64,000 nt of DNA from Eledone cirrhosa (lineage: Eukaryota). Location: the NCBI GenBank assembly GCA_964016885.1, contig OZ024741.1, forward strand, positions 143,468,001 through 143,532,000, in the 5' to 3' direction. Position numbers and translations under genes: made by a program. Below the pieces are notes generated by a model that saw only the letters and a list, made by a program, of their open reading frames with translations, searched no databases and was not told the DNA's origin. This document shows, piece by piece, positions 1 to 12,856 of the stretch; the stretch's first letter is position 1; the number at the start of each line of letters is the position of its first letter.

Positions 1-150
1 ATTTAGGTACAAGGCCAGTAAATTTGGGGAAGTTGATTAAATAAACTCTAGTACTTCACTGGTACTTTATTTTATCGACCCCTACAGAATGAAAATCAAA
101 ATTGAACCCAGAATTTAAAGAGACAGCTAATTCTACCAATACACCACCCT
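1..150 (-). mobile_element. tRNA-derived SINE family A
   Basis: Matches the copies at 2580, 43540, 55780 and 56610; B-box-like gttcaa on the minus strand. Confidence 0.7.
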
Positions 151-2417
151 TGTCCTAGTAAACAATACAAATCAAAAATGAAGATCGTGCTCTGAGATAT
201 TTCTTGTTGGTTTGAAATAGATAAACTTGTTTAGTCAATGTAGCCTAAGAGCTGGAGTTTGCTTCAGTTGGAAGAAGCCACTATTAAGATTAGTGTTAGG
301 AAAGGTATCCAGCTGTAAAAAAATTACCTTAAAAAATGCCATCCAACCCATGCCAGCAAGGAAAAGTGATGATGATGACATATATGACCAGAAACTGAAT
401 TCTTTTCAAAAACTAATGTTTCCGAATGGTCAAATTTACTGTATCATTACATCATCATTACTGTTTAAAGTCTATTTTTTTATGGTTGCATGGGTTAGAT
501 AGGTTGTCATGTTATGAGGCTTGTCAGGTCAGATGACCTGTCTTATTCATATAGATTTGTATTTTGGTTTGGTTTCTACAGCTGGATGCCCTTCAGAACT
601 CTAACATTATTACAGTATGTATTGGAAGCTTTTTCTCATGGCACCACCACTACCACTTTATAGAATGGGCTGGCCGTTTTGTTTTTTTGTTTCTTTTGTT
701 ATGGCAGCAGAATGAGCACCTTACAGGATGGACAGGGTGATTTTTATCGTGATACCTTCATGGCCACCTAACATGGTGGACTGGGTGCTTTTTTGTTGCT
801 ATATCAAACAACATCCTAATATTACTGAAATAATAATGGGAGAAAAATATGTTATACTATCTACTGTGAGTTTTCACTCTATCTATGAACAAAATTCTTC
901 GATGTTACCTGTGATGTTCATCCTCGACTCAGGCTCTGAGAACCACCAGTGATGTGATGAAACTTGTAGAAAGAATTTAAATTTAAATGAGAGTTCTTTG
1001 TCTAAAGTACTCCTCTCAGTAAATGTCTGTCTCTCCAAGTTATATATAACTGACAAAAGCTGTGTTTAGTTTATATGTCAGAAAAATTGTATATTGGTAA
1101 AGACATGGTAAGGTTAGTGTGATGAGTGGTTAAATGGTTGAACTACATTGACTGAAAATCACAAGTTCAAACTTGACTTTGAGCATTGACTGAAAGAATT
1201 TAGGATAACCTTTTCATTACCATATTTCTAATGAAAATAATCAAGTATTTGGAGTGGTTTAGTAATATAAATAACTTTCATTATTAAGCTGATGTTTGGA
1301 ACACGTTAACAAAAAATGTTTTAACATAACATTATGGTGCAAGGTTTTTAGATAAATATAAACACTTTAAAATAAATGGCTTAGTATAATAAAACCAGGG
1401 GTGGTTTCAGGTGATTTGGTATCAAGAGGGTTAAAACAAAAAATAACCAGGCAACTTTTGTGTGATATGTGGAAGACAGTTAGACTTCTGTAACAATTAA
1501 TCCTGTGGGAGGCAGTTTGACCTCTGATGTGATCAATTCTGTGACCTTTTCTGTAGATATTACACCTTTTTTAACTAAAGCCATCAACCCTTTTGATACC
1601 AACATAATATTATATAAGATCCTTATGTTAAGGTAGTATTTTTGTAATGAAATAATTAATAATTTCTACTAACCCAGCTAAAACTGACTCTGATTCTATG
1701 AAACAAAATCATCCATTTTAGAGGGTTCCTTTTAAAATTAAAATCTTCCTGTAAATGTGGTTGTAAAAAGGGTATCCAGCCATAGAAACCATGCCAAAAT
1801 TAGTTCTGTATGAGCAAGACATGGTCATCTCACCTCGACTTGCCTCAAACAGGACAACTCATCTAACCCATGCTAGCATGGAAAATGGACATTAAACAGT
1901 GATAATGATAATAAGAACTATATATTAAGTTATTATCTTAGAAACAAAATCAATTTAAGTAAATCCCTTGAAAATCTGAATTAATTGAAAAATAATATTT
2001 TTCTCATGAAATACAATCACAAAAGGGTTAAACAGTGGTAGTTATTGGGTAGCAGTAAGTTAAAATTAATTACAAGGACAATAATTAGTATTGCTTTTAA
2101 TTAACAGTAGAGTGTGGACAGGTAAATAAATAAGGTAATGAACAATTCAATGGAAGAACATAGTCGATCAATTTACTAAAAGAAGCAGTAAAATCACACT
2201 CTTCTAGCTTAAAAAAGAAATTATTATACAAATTAGTCATAAATATATAAAAATTAAAAAAATCTAAACCTATGCTAATGTGGAAGATAGACGTTAAACG
2301 ATGATGATGATGATGTCATATTTTGATAGTGTTCTCAAAATTCAATCCCAAAAATTGTGATCACAACAATAAACGTAATTGAAGCAGTAATCTGAAATAA
2401 TTTGTAATGACTCTTTT

Positions 2418-2790
2418 TCACATTGGTTGAAAGCCAGCTATTTGGTGGAAGGGGAAAATCGATTTTATCAACATCGGTACTTAACTGATATTTTATTTTA
2501 TCAACCCCAGAAAGATGAAAGGGGAAGTTAACCGTAACAGGATTTGAACTTGATGTGAATGTAATATAACTCTTTTTCACATTTGGCACAAAGCCAGCAA
2601 TTTAGGGGCAGGGGTAAGTTGATTTTATGAACCTCGGTACTTAACTGATACTTTATTTCATTGACCCCCAGAAGGATGAAAATTAAAATTGACCTCAGCA
2701 TGATTTGAACTCAGTATGTAAAGAACACGAAAAAATACCTTAAGGATTTTTTCTTGATGCTCTACTTATTATTCCAATCCACCACTGTAG
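2418..2790 (-). mobile_element. SINE family A, partial tandem pair
   Basis: aagccagc...gattttat..cggtacttaactgata...gatttgaact repeated twice. Confidence 0.7.
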
Positions 2791-4048
2791 TAATGATAAT
2801 TCCTCTTCTCAGAAATTCAAAAAATTAAAAGAAAAATTTTAGTTATCTAATCAGACAAATTACAGAGACTGAGGTTGGCTGTTTTACACAGAAGCAGTTG
2901 ACCCTTTTGATACCAACCTGCCCAGAACTGTTAAATTGTTACAAATGCCATCTTAATAATGAAATAAATAATTTTAGTAAATCCTTCTAAATTTTTCATT
3001 AATTAATTCATGTGCATCATATTTCATTAAAAATATGGTAACGAGAAGGTTAAATAGGCTGTTGAAAGATCTGGACCATGGGGGTCAGTAATGTGCATCA
3101 CCCTAACTACTAGTTAGGGATAGGAAAAGGTATCTTACCAGAGAAAATTTGTCAGACAAAGGGTTGAGAGGACTCTTCAATTGTGTCAAATACATGACAA
3201 CCTCTCTAGCGCTGGTGCCACAATAAAATGCACCTAAAACACTCAAAGTGGTTGGTGATAGGAAGGGCATCCAGCCATAGAAAAACTTGCCAAAAGAATT
3301 GAGAGAACTCTTCAGTTGTTTCACAGATATGACAAACACACTAATACTGGTGCCAGGATAAAACACATCCAGTGCACTCTGTAAAGTGGTTAGTGATAAA
3401 GAGGACACCCTGTTGTAGAAAAATTGCCAAACAAAGGGCTGAAAGAACTCAAGTTTGTCAAAGACATGACAGCCTCCCTTATACTGGTGCCATGATAAAA
3501 TGCATCTATTGCGCTTAATTGAGTGCAATAATGTATGTAATGGGGATACAGCCCCTAGTCCAACTGAAAAGTCAGCAGTTCCGTTTAAGTGCTGAATTGG
3601 TCTTAAACAATCTGTCCAAACAATCTGGAAGGGAAAATGGACACTAAATTATGATAATGATGATGAAAATTATAAAAATGACAAAAAGAAAGAAGAGAAA
3701 GAAAGAAAAAAAATCTTAATCAGGGTGAAGTGAGAGCAAACTCTATATTCTTGGCTGGATAGTATATCTTAGCTGCACACAACAGACATGACAGCCATAG
3801 CATATCCATTGAGATCAGCCACTGATACCTGCTGCTTCAGCCATCTCACTTATCAGGGCTCCTTTCTCAAGTGTGATGCCCTTTTCTTTCCAATTTGGCT
3901 GAGGAAAATGGCAGTTCAGGGAACCAGGGACACCAGAGATCTCAATGACTACCCAGCACAAAAAGGAAATGGTCGGTCATCTTCCATTCTGTGTTTGTGG
4001 CTGGAAGCAATCATTAAATCACTAGCCTGTATTAATATCTCTATAAAC

Positions 4049-4432
4049 TAGGGGTCTCAAACTCAAGGACTCAAAAGGGCCATTACATCCTGGGCAAGAG
4101 GCACAGTGGGCCAAAAGTGTGGTGATGGGGTGGTGGGGCTAATTTCCACTAGCTATAATGCTAATCTACAATACAGTTGATAGGCTGCTATTTCTTTCTT
4201 CTTTTTTTTTTTCAGAATACACATAATAGTAAATGAGATTTATGAATTAGTACAAAATGTGGGGCACAAATTTTCCTTGATTCTGTTTTTATTTTTGGTA
4301 AATTCCATTTTTTTCCATTTTATTGTATTTCTTGGGTAAATTGCAAGAGTATGGAAGGGGTGAAGGACAAGTTTTAGGAAAATATTAGTCACAAAAATTG
4401 TTCTGCCGTGGGCCACATATTTGAGGCCTCTG
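4049..4432. mobile_element. hAT (Charlie-like) MITE
   Basis: Imperfect TIR taggggtctcaaa/tttgaggcctctg; imperfect 8-bp TSD ctataaac/atctaaac. Confidence 0.6.
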
Positions 4433-5116
4433 ATCTAAACCTTTGTTGACACTTTGTTCTGTCACTGGAGTGCATGCAGTGTCATCAGTATGTGTATTCT
4501 CTCTGCTGTCTTGGTGACACAGTTATTGACAACTAATCGGAGCCAGAGGAAAGGAGAGAGAAAAGCATCATATAACATTTTCATTGCCATTTGGCTACCA
4601 TGGTGATGCATCTCCATGGTAGTCAGGCCATCTTAAAATGTTTCTTCACTTGAACAACATTCTTGATTATTCATTTATTTATTTTGCCTGTCCCCCACTC
4701 TCTCTCTATCCATCTATCTCTTTTCCTTTTGTTTTGCCAGTATCATGAGAGAGCATCAGATAAAATACTCTGTGGTATCCACATTCTGAATTCAAACTTA
4801 CTCTTTAATCCTTCCAAGGTCTGTGAAATAAATACCTGACAAAATACTGGGTTTCGTTTATCACTATACCCTGGGAAGTGGTGCCCCAACATGGTCAGAG
4901 ACCAATGACTGAAACTCATTACTTACATTAATTTAAATACAGTTTTTATTCTTATTAACTGTACAATAAATGGCAATAAGGAAAGGAAAAAGAAATTAAG
5001 CAATGAAAGAAAGGGAGAGGAGGTGGAGCAACAGACTCTACACTGCAGTCTGAACAGTATGTTTTAGCTGCACCCCACAGATAAAATGGCAAAGTCATCA
5101 CTTTATTTATATATAA

Positions 5117-6205
5117 GCATAAAAGATGTAGTGGGATCACAGGTAAGCTAACTAAGAACATAGATTTTACATGTGGCCGGTGTTCTGGTGCAATAAGTAG
5201 CAGCAAGTGCCCACAAAATACTAGCTCTTTCAATTGCGCAGAGGGTTCTATAGAAATAGTGGACAGCTTCCGTTACCTGGGCGATAAAATCAGCAGTGGG
5301 GGAGGGTGCTCTGAAAGTACTGTAGCTAGAGTCAGAACTGGTTGGAAAAAGTTCAGAGAGCTTATACCACTATTAGCTGCTAAAGGGTTCTCCCTAAAAA
5401 TGAAAGGCAGGTTGTACGATGCCTGCATACGAACAGCAATGTTGCATGGCAGTGAGACCTGGGCATTGTGTGCAGAGGATATACGCAGACTAGAGAGGAA
5501 CGAAGCTTGCATGCTCCGCTGGATGTGTAACAGTAATATACGTGAACGGCAAAGCATAAACGAACTAAGGAAAAAATTAGAGATAAGAGGGATCAGATGT
5601 TGTTTACTCGAGAGAAGGCTACGTTGGTATGGACACGTGATGCGCATGAAAGTCGATAGCTGTATAACAAAGTGCAGGGCAATAAAGATAGACGGTAGCC
5701 ACGGAATAGGCAGACCTAGAAAAACCTGGGACGAGCTGATAAACTCCGACCTCACACACTTACACCTCTCCAAGACAATGTCACTGGACCGAGACCTTTG
5801 GCGGTACTCAGTAACAGAGAAGACCCGCCTTGCCAGTAGGCATCTCTAACAAAATACACCCCGTCCCGCCACCACCCCCACCCCATCCACACCACCCCGT
5901 TCTATGTAAAGTTATGTTGGTGCCGCGCCATCCAGGCCGAAACAAATGAGATCGTGTAGGTGTCACGACAAAAAAACACACAGTCCACGCTGTAATGTGG
6001 CCGTGTAGGCAACACAGTAAAAACCTCCCAGACCCACACTGTAAATGTGGTTGGTGTTAGGAAGGGCATCCAACTGTAGAAAACCTGCCAGACAGTCCTA
6101 TGCGAGCAAGACAATCACTCTTGCCTCAAGTGGGACTACCCCCGTCCAAACCCATGCAAGCGTGGAACACGGACGTTAAACGTTGATGATGATGATGATG
6201 ATGAT
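5117..6205 (+). mobile_element. 5'-truncated RTE copy (second subfamily)
   Basis: Starts at HKRCSG, ORF 5259-5849 homologous to the RTE C-terminus, 3' UTR, (GAT)n tail. Confidence 0.9.
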
Positions 6206-7674
6206 AAATGCTTGTATTCCTACGTCAGCCTAGATTAAAGCATTAGACAGTAAATTCTTGTCTGTCTTGTCTTAATGGATCTCCATCAGTTACGGTGATA
6301 AATCTTCCAATTGTTCAAACAACAAAACAGCCCTGCTCATGAAGTTAACTTGAAAGCAGCTGATCATTCCACAGACACATGTAGGTTTGACATAGTGCTC
6401 AGGGAGATTCAGCGTAACACTGTGTGGGACAAGGCTGTTTGAATTACAAACACAAATCACTTTGGCCAGGAACCATATGAAATAAAGTATCTTGCGCAGG
6501 AAAACAATTCACTATGAGCTGAACATCTTACAATTATTTAGTTTCTGTTCTATGTTCATGCCTTGGTATGTCATCGGATCTTTCGTCACTCGATGGGATG
6601 ATTTGTTTTGGATCCAAGCATGGCTGTGTGTTTAAGAAATTAGCTAGTTACACAACTATGGTTCTGTGCATCACTTTTTTTCAAGTTAACCAATACTTTC
6701 TGAATGGAATTTGCTTCAGGGAAAAGGGCAGCATTTTGACCATAGACAATTCATTCGAGTTTATAAATTTACATGAATTGCCTATGTATTACTTTTGGAA
6801 TAAAGTTTCATATCACTATAGTTTCTTTTTATTCAGATTTCTTAACATCTATTATATTTTATATTGTAGTTTGGGACACTCATGCTTCCCGAAATACACC
6901 AAAACTACACCTGATGTACCCCTTCCATACACATGCACACATGTGTGTATCATGACTCATGCACTGTTCATTTTCCTGACGTTTGTACATTACCCTATGT
7001 ACTATACATACACTTTTTGATGAGTTGTAGTGCACCTGAGCACTGTACACAATATTTCATTATTATTATTATTATTAAAAGGTTGGGAGGACCCTTCAGC
7101 TGTGTCAAAAACATATAACAACTTCCCTAGTGCTGGTATCATGATAAAATGCACTCGTTAATGTGTGGGATCGTATATGAGATGTAGGCCTCCCCTTACC
7201 TAACCCATTTGGGCATTCAGTAGCCTGCTTGAGTACTGACTTAGTCTCTGAAGAACCTTCCAGCCCTTGCTAGAAGGAAAAATGGTTGCGAAATAATTGA
7301 TGATGATGATGGAGAACAGTAGCATCATTGGTTACAGGTTTACAACAGGCTAATCACTGCTTTAACTGTAGTTTTTAAGAGTGAGAGTGGTAAGGGAGTA
7401 TTTGTACCTTGGTGAGCTTTATTCAAAAAATACCTTTTTTTTTCTGAAAACCTGCCAAACAAAGGGTCATATCAAAGACTTGACGACTTCCTTGATGTTA
7501 GTTCCATGATAAAATACACTTGGTAGAGCATGAGATCTTATGTCAGACCTTCATCCCATCTGGAAATGAGGGGTTCTGCTTGAGTAGTGACTCGTCTGTG
7601 GCAACATGTCCAACCTCTTATTAGCAAGGAAAACAGATGTTAAATGATGATGGTGTTGATACATACATACATAT

Positions 7675-10600
7675 CATCATCATCATCATCATCACCGTTT
7701 TACGTCCGTTCTTCCACGCTAGCATGGGTTAGACGGGTTGTCCTGTTGTGGGCAGTGTCTGGTCGGCTGACCATGCTTTGCTCATACAGGAACTGATCTG
7801 GCTTGATTTCTACAGCTGGATGCCCTTCCTAACACCAACCTCATTTACAGTGAGTGCTGGGTGCTTTTTCGTGGCGCCTACACGTCCACTTTACAGTGTG
7901 GGCTGGGTGCTTTTTTGCCGTGGCACCTCCACGACCACCTTGCGGTGGGGGGGGGGGGGGGACATATTGTTTATATGCTTCAGCATGTACCCATGGGAGG
8001 TCGGGTACCCTGTATTACTGCGTGACGCCAGAAGTCACGGTCGTGTGTCATTGACTTTGAGAGGTGTAGTTGGGTAAGGTCGGCTTTTATCACCTCATCC
8101 CAAGTCATCTTGGGTCTCCCCACTCCGCGGTTTCCATCAACTTCTAGTGCTCTGCACCTTTTTATGCAGCTGTCATCCTTCATACGCATCACATGTCCAT
8201 ACCAGCGTAACCGCCTCTCCTGCACGCAGCATTTGATTCCTCTTATGCTCAGTCTCTCTCTCAATTCATTTATGCTTTGTCGTTCACGTATATTACTGTT
8301 ACACATCCATCGGAGCATGCAGGCTTCGTTTCTCTCTAATCTACGTAAGTCTTCCACCTTCAGCGCCCAGGTCTCACTACCATGCAACATCGCTGTTCGG
8401 ATACACGCATCATACAGTCTGCCTTTCATTCTGAGGGAGAAGCCTTTTGCAGCTAGCAGTGGTAGTAGTTCCCTAAACTTCTTCCATCCCGTTCTTACCC
8501 TAGTTATTGTACTTTCTGAGCACCCACCTCCGTTGCTAATTCGGTCACCTAGGTAGCAGAAGCTGTCTACTGTTTCTACAGGGCCCTCCCAGAGATTGGT
8601 GGTACTTGTTTCCTGTGGCTGTTTGCTTGCTGTTTCAGCACAGCTGCTGCATGTGAATCCTACATTCTTAATTAAGCTTCCTGAGATCCCGCTACATCTC
8701 TTGTGTACCCATTGTTTGCATTTGGGGCAAAGAATGGAGTTCCTACCTACACCTTTCCTACATACTGAGCAAGGCCATTTCCCTGAGGGGATCTGGGTTC
8801 TGTTTTCTCGTCTACTTATAAGGACCTTAGTCTTTGTCATGTTGACTTTGAGGCCCTTTCTCTCTAGTCCCTGCTTCCAGGTTTGGAATTTATTCTCTAG
8901 TTCTACCATAGATTCAGCTATGAGTGCGAGGTCATCAGCATACAGGAGTTCCCATGGGCATCCGGTCTTAAACTCCTCCGTTATTGCCTGCAGGACTATG
9001 ATGAACAGGAGAGGGCTAAGAACAGAGCCCTGGTGGACCCCAACCTGTACGCTAAATTCCTCGCTATACTCATTGCCAATCCTAACTTTGCTGACTGCTC
9101 CCCTATACATGGCTTGTACCGCTTTCACAAGCCATTCATCTACTCCTAGTTTTCTAAGAGCCCACCAGATTACTGCACGTGGAACTCTGTCAAAGGCTTT
9201 CTCAAGGTCGACAAATGCCAAGTAGAGTGGCTTACTTTTAGCTAGGTACTTTTCCTGTAATTGCCTCACAAGGAAGAGCGCATCAGTGGTGCCTTTCCCT
9301 GGTACAAACCCAAATTGCATCTCGTCTATATTCACCCGGTCCCTAATCAGCTGTGCTATAACTCTTTCTGTTACTTTCATGACCTGGTCCATCAACTTTA
9401 TACCTCTATAGTTTCCTCTATCTAGTGCATCGCCTTTACCTTTGTAGCAGTTGACAATGATGCTACTGCACCAATCTTTTGGTATGGCCCCCTCTAGTAT
9501 TACCTGGTTAACGATACGTGTGGTTATAGTGTGACCTACAGACCCAGATGCCTTCAGCATCTCGGCAGCTATACCCAATGGACCGGTTGCCTTCCCTATC
9601 TTCATATCTCTGATTGCCTTACTTACTACGCTGCCGCTGACTTGTACTGCTGGTCCCTCTATAGGGTCTACGTGGGGTAGGGTCTCTTCTTCCGATGCAT
9701 TCTCCTCATTTAGTAATCTATCATAATGACTCTTCCATGCATCTTTCTTCTCAGCACTTGTGAGGGCAAGCTCACCTTTATCATTCCGGATACACTTCTC
9801 TCCAATGACATCACAACTATCTCTGACACACTGCCTCGCAATCTTGAATACCTCCTGTTTCTGGTCCTCACGTTGTAAAACATGCTTGAATTTTCTATCC
9901 TCTGCTTCCCTCCTAGCTAAGTATACTTGTCGCCTAGCTTCCCTCTTGGTCTCTATGTAATGTACCCTGCTCCCCCCGTTCTTCCATTCTTTCCATGCCT
10001 GTCTCTTGGCCTTGACTGCTTCATCTACCTTATTGTTCCACCACCAAGTCACTCTCCTCCTGCTTGAGGTCTTACTCCAGCCACAAACCTCATCCGTCGC
10101 CTCTAGTAAGTTATTTTTTAGGAACTCCCAGTTCTCTTCTACGTTAAATGTCTCTATCTGTTCTTCTTTACTGTCGTAGGCGTTGAGTAAAATATCTTTA
10201 AATCTGTTACTGGTTGAGGGGACTTTCAGCTTCCAGATCTTTCTTCTCCAGGTTGGCCTCTGTTTCAGGGCTCGTCTAGTTCTGACCGTGAGGTCGCTGA
10301 CAACTAAGCTATGTTGGGATGTACATTCCTCACTAGGGAAGGCTTTTGTGTTTACGACCGTCCATCTGTCACGTCCTCTGATGAGGATAAAATCTAACTG
10401 ACTAGAGTGCTCCCCTGATCTATAGGTGATCAGGTGGTTGTCGGGTTTTTTAAAGTTTGTGTTACATATCGACATGTCATTGGCGTCGCAGAATTCTAGA
10501 AGTCTGAATCCTTCCTCATTCCTTGTGCCAACTCCATGGCCTCCATGTACTCTATTGAAGCCGTCGCAGTGTTTACCTACGTGTCCGTTAAAATCTCCTG

Positions 10601-11986
10601 CAATGATTAGGAAGTCCTTGTCGTCTGTTAGAGCAGTAGTGTGTATTAGGGACTCGTAAAACCTATCCTTAAGTTCGTCTGGCAGCCCCGATTGGGGTGC
10701 GTAAGCTGATATTATTGTGGTAATTGTCTTATTCAGGACTAGTCTGAGTTTAATGATTCTTGCATTTACCCTGTACACTGAGATTACTTTATCTACCCAC
10801 TTGTCAGCTAATAGTATACCTACACCACCCATCCCATCGTCATTTCCCACCCAGAAAAATTTGTAGCACTGGCTTTTTCCTACAAGGACTCTAGCAGACC
10901 CTCCTCTCCATCTAGTCTCTTGCACACAGCATACATCAACTTCCTTTCGCTCTAGCATTTCTACGATTTCTCCTGCTCTTCCTTTCATTGAGCCTACATT
11001 GATGGTACCAACTCGGAGTTTTGGGCATTTGTCGACACTCGTAGGGGAGGGTCTCTGGGTTGGCGCTTCACGTGGGTGCTTGGTAGCTCGCAGATTCATA
11101 TTTCATCTATTGATTCAGAGTTGCTCGTGTATTCCCAGCTCATCCATCCATAACGGTGGGAAAATTGAGGGCTAGAAGGACAGTGGTGGTGGGGTAATGG
11201 CAGGGTGTGTTGGGATGCGCCAGAGGAGGAGAGAGTTAGTTAGGCAGGTAGTAGCAGCAGCAGCAGTGGAAATGGCATGCTAGGTTTGATTGGTCGAATA
11301 GACTATGGTGGTGTGTGGGGGTGGGGGGGAGGGAAATTGTGAGGTAGGAACTGAGGGTCGCATGGTAAATATCCAAGTTAATACTGCATCAGTAAAATTA
11401 ACAATAATAACGTCATGAAAAAAGCTACTAAGAGAAACCCTCGAAAATTTATCGCTAATACAGCAGGGAAAATTTAACGCTAATACAGCAGGGAACATCA
11501 TAATATTAACGACAATATGTAGGCTAAAATACCTTCGTAGATTAGATGGATGGCTGGCTGGGAAAATTGGAATCAGCTCTAGTGGTACATTTTAGCAGAG
11601 AAGAATGGGAAAGTGTCTTATCTCTTCAATATTTTCAGATTGAATGAATTAGGTTAAAGACAGGGTAGTAAGCCTTAAAGAAGTGCATAGAGAGGGGGGG
11701 GGGGGGTAGGAACTGAGGGCCGCATGGTAAATAACTGAGAGAGATACAATAGGATTAGAATACCGCATGGTAAATATCCAAGTTAATAAGTTAATACTAC
11801 ATCAGTAAAATTAACAATAATAACGTCATGAAAAAAGCTACTAAGAGAAACCCTCGAAAATTTATCGCTAATACAGCAGGGAAAATTTAACGCTAATACA
11901 GCCGGGAACATCATAATATTAACGACAATATGTAGGCTAAAATACCTTCGTAGATTAGATGGATGGCTGGCTGGGAAAATTGGAAT
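7675..11986 (-). mobile_element. Full-length young RTE-clade non-LTR retrotransposon, intronic to TLK
   Basis: (GAT)n tail at 7675-7693, 3' UTR, single uninterrupted ORF, about 890-bp 5' region with an internal duplication. Confidence 0.93.
7980..11099 (-). CDS. RTE ORF: AP endonuclease + reverse transcriptase with inserted PHD-type zinc finger (1039 aa)
   Basis: APE motifs TINVGS, VQETRW, SAYAP, GDFNGH, LDFIL, SQH; RT motifs YRGIKL, QFGF, FVDLEKAFD, GVHQGSVLSP, YADD, FCYLG; RTE-type C-terminus RRLRWYGHV and GRPK. Confidence 0.95.
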   Translation of the reverse strand: MNLRATKHPREAPTQRPSPTSVDKCPKLRVGTINVGSMKGRAGEIVEMLERKEVDVCCVQETRWRGGSARVLVGKSQCYKFFWVGNDDGMGGVGILLADKWVDKVISVYRVNARIIKLRLVLNKTITTIISAYAPQSGLPDELKDRFYESLIHTTALTDDKDFLIIAGDFNGHVGKHCDGFNRVHGGHGVGTRNEEGFRLLEFCDANDMSICNTNFKKPDNHLITYRSGEHSSQLDFILIRGRDRWTVVNTKAFPSEECTSQHSLVVSDLTVRTRRALKQRPTWRRKIWKLKVPSTSNRFKDILLNAYDSKEEQIETFNVEENWEFLKNNLLEATDEVCGWSKTSSRRRVTWWWNNKVDEAVKAKRQAWKEWKNGGSRVHYIETKREARRQVYLARREAEDRKFKHVLQREDQKQEVFKIARQCVRDSCDVIGEKCIRNDKGELALTSAEKKDAWKSHYDRLLNEENASEEETLPHVDPIEGPAVQVSGSVVSKAIRDMKIGKATGPLGIAAEMLKASGSVGHTITTRIVNQVILEGAIPKDWCSSIIVNCYKGKGDALDRGNYRGIKLMDQVMKVTERVIAQLIRDRVNIDEMQFGFVPGKGTTDALFLVRQLQEKYLAKSKPLYLAFVDLEKAFDRVPRAVIWWALRKLGVDEWLVKAVQAMYRGAVSKVRIGNEYSEEFSVQVGVHQGSVLSPLLFIIVLQAITEEFKTGCPWELLYADDLALIAESMVELENKFQTWKQGLERKGLKVNMTKTKVLISRRENRTQIPSGKWPCSVCRKGVGRNSILCPKCKQWVHKRCSGISGSLIKNVGFTCSSCAETASKQPQETSTTNLWEGPVETVDSFCYLGDRISNGGGCSESTITRVRTGWKKFRELLPLLAAKGFSLRMKGRLYDACIRTAMLHGSETWALKVEDLRRLERNEACMLRWMCNSNIRERQSINELRERLSIRGIKCCVQERRLRWYGHVMRMKDDSCIKRCRALEVDGNRGVGRPKMTWDEVIKADLTQLHLSKSMTHDRDFWRHAVIQGTRPPMGTC

Positions 11987-12856
11987 ATATACATGTGTTT
12001 ATACACACATATACAACAATCTTTTGTACAATCTCTGTCTATCAAATTCCATACACAAAATAGTGGTCAACTGGAAGCTAAAGTAGAAGAACCCCCCCCA
12101 GTTATATTGTTAGGTCAAACCCAGAATAACATGCTTGCAAAAAGAACATCTTAACTACACAGCCAGTTAATAATATTTATATCTAACATGGGTACATTAA
12201 CCCTTTCATCACCATGTTTCTAATGAAATACAATGTATTATTTTCAAAGCAATTTGAAAATAATCAAGAATTTGGAGAGATTTAGTAATATAACCAACTT
12301 TCCCATTAAGCTAGTGTTCGCGACATATCTTAACAAATGTCCTTACATTAAAATTATGATGAAATGACAAACTGACAATTCAGAACAACTGCACAAAGTT
12401 TGCTTTGTGGGGAAAGTGAACTTTGGACATCCTGTGAGATGAAAAACAAAACCTTTCAAAGAACAGAGGAACTCAGGAGAGTCAGCAACAATCTAATACA
12501 GATTGACAGAACTCATTAGCCAGCTTCTGAGTAATAGTTGGACAAGAATTTAGGACCCAACGTGAGTCATGGACATATAGATTGTCCATGATCCATGACC
12601 CTCAGTAATGAGGATGGGAAGAGACCAGACCAGACCATAAACGGTTTTGTATTGTAGAGCCGGTGGCAGTTTCAAGCAATTTGGAATAAAAAAAGTTACC
12701 TTCCCTCACACACACACTTCTGTCTAATGTATATGAATTAATGTTCTTTTGTGATTGATGAGGATATTTCAACATTTTGCTATAATGCCTATGTTAAGTT
12801 GGTCTTACCAATAACTGACTATGTTTCCCTATCTCTGTCTTGTCTATGTTTTTTAG

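Noticed and set aside
8110-10659. Antisense ORFs over the RTE copies (also 5273, 47395, 58656, 59325)
   Set aside because: Shadow frames of the RTE coding strand with no motifs; they recur only because the copies are near-identical
11100-11340. HDV-like ribozyme or ORF1 in the RTE 5' UTR
   Set aside because: I could not identify the nested pseudoknot by eye; only short uORFs are present and an in-frame TGA lies just upstream of the ATG; needs a motif search
1-12856. Upstream TLK exons
   Set aside because: No TLK-like peptide with splice sites found; they probably lie before the window
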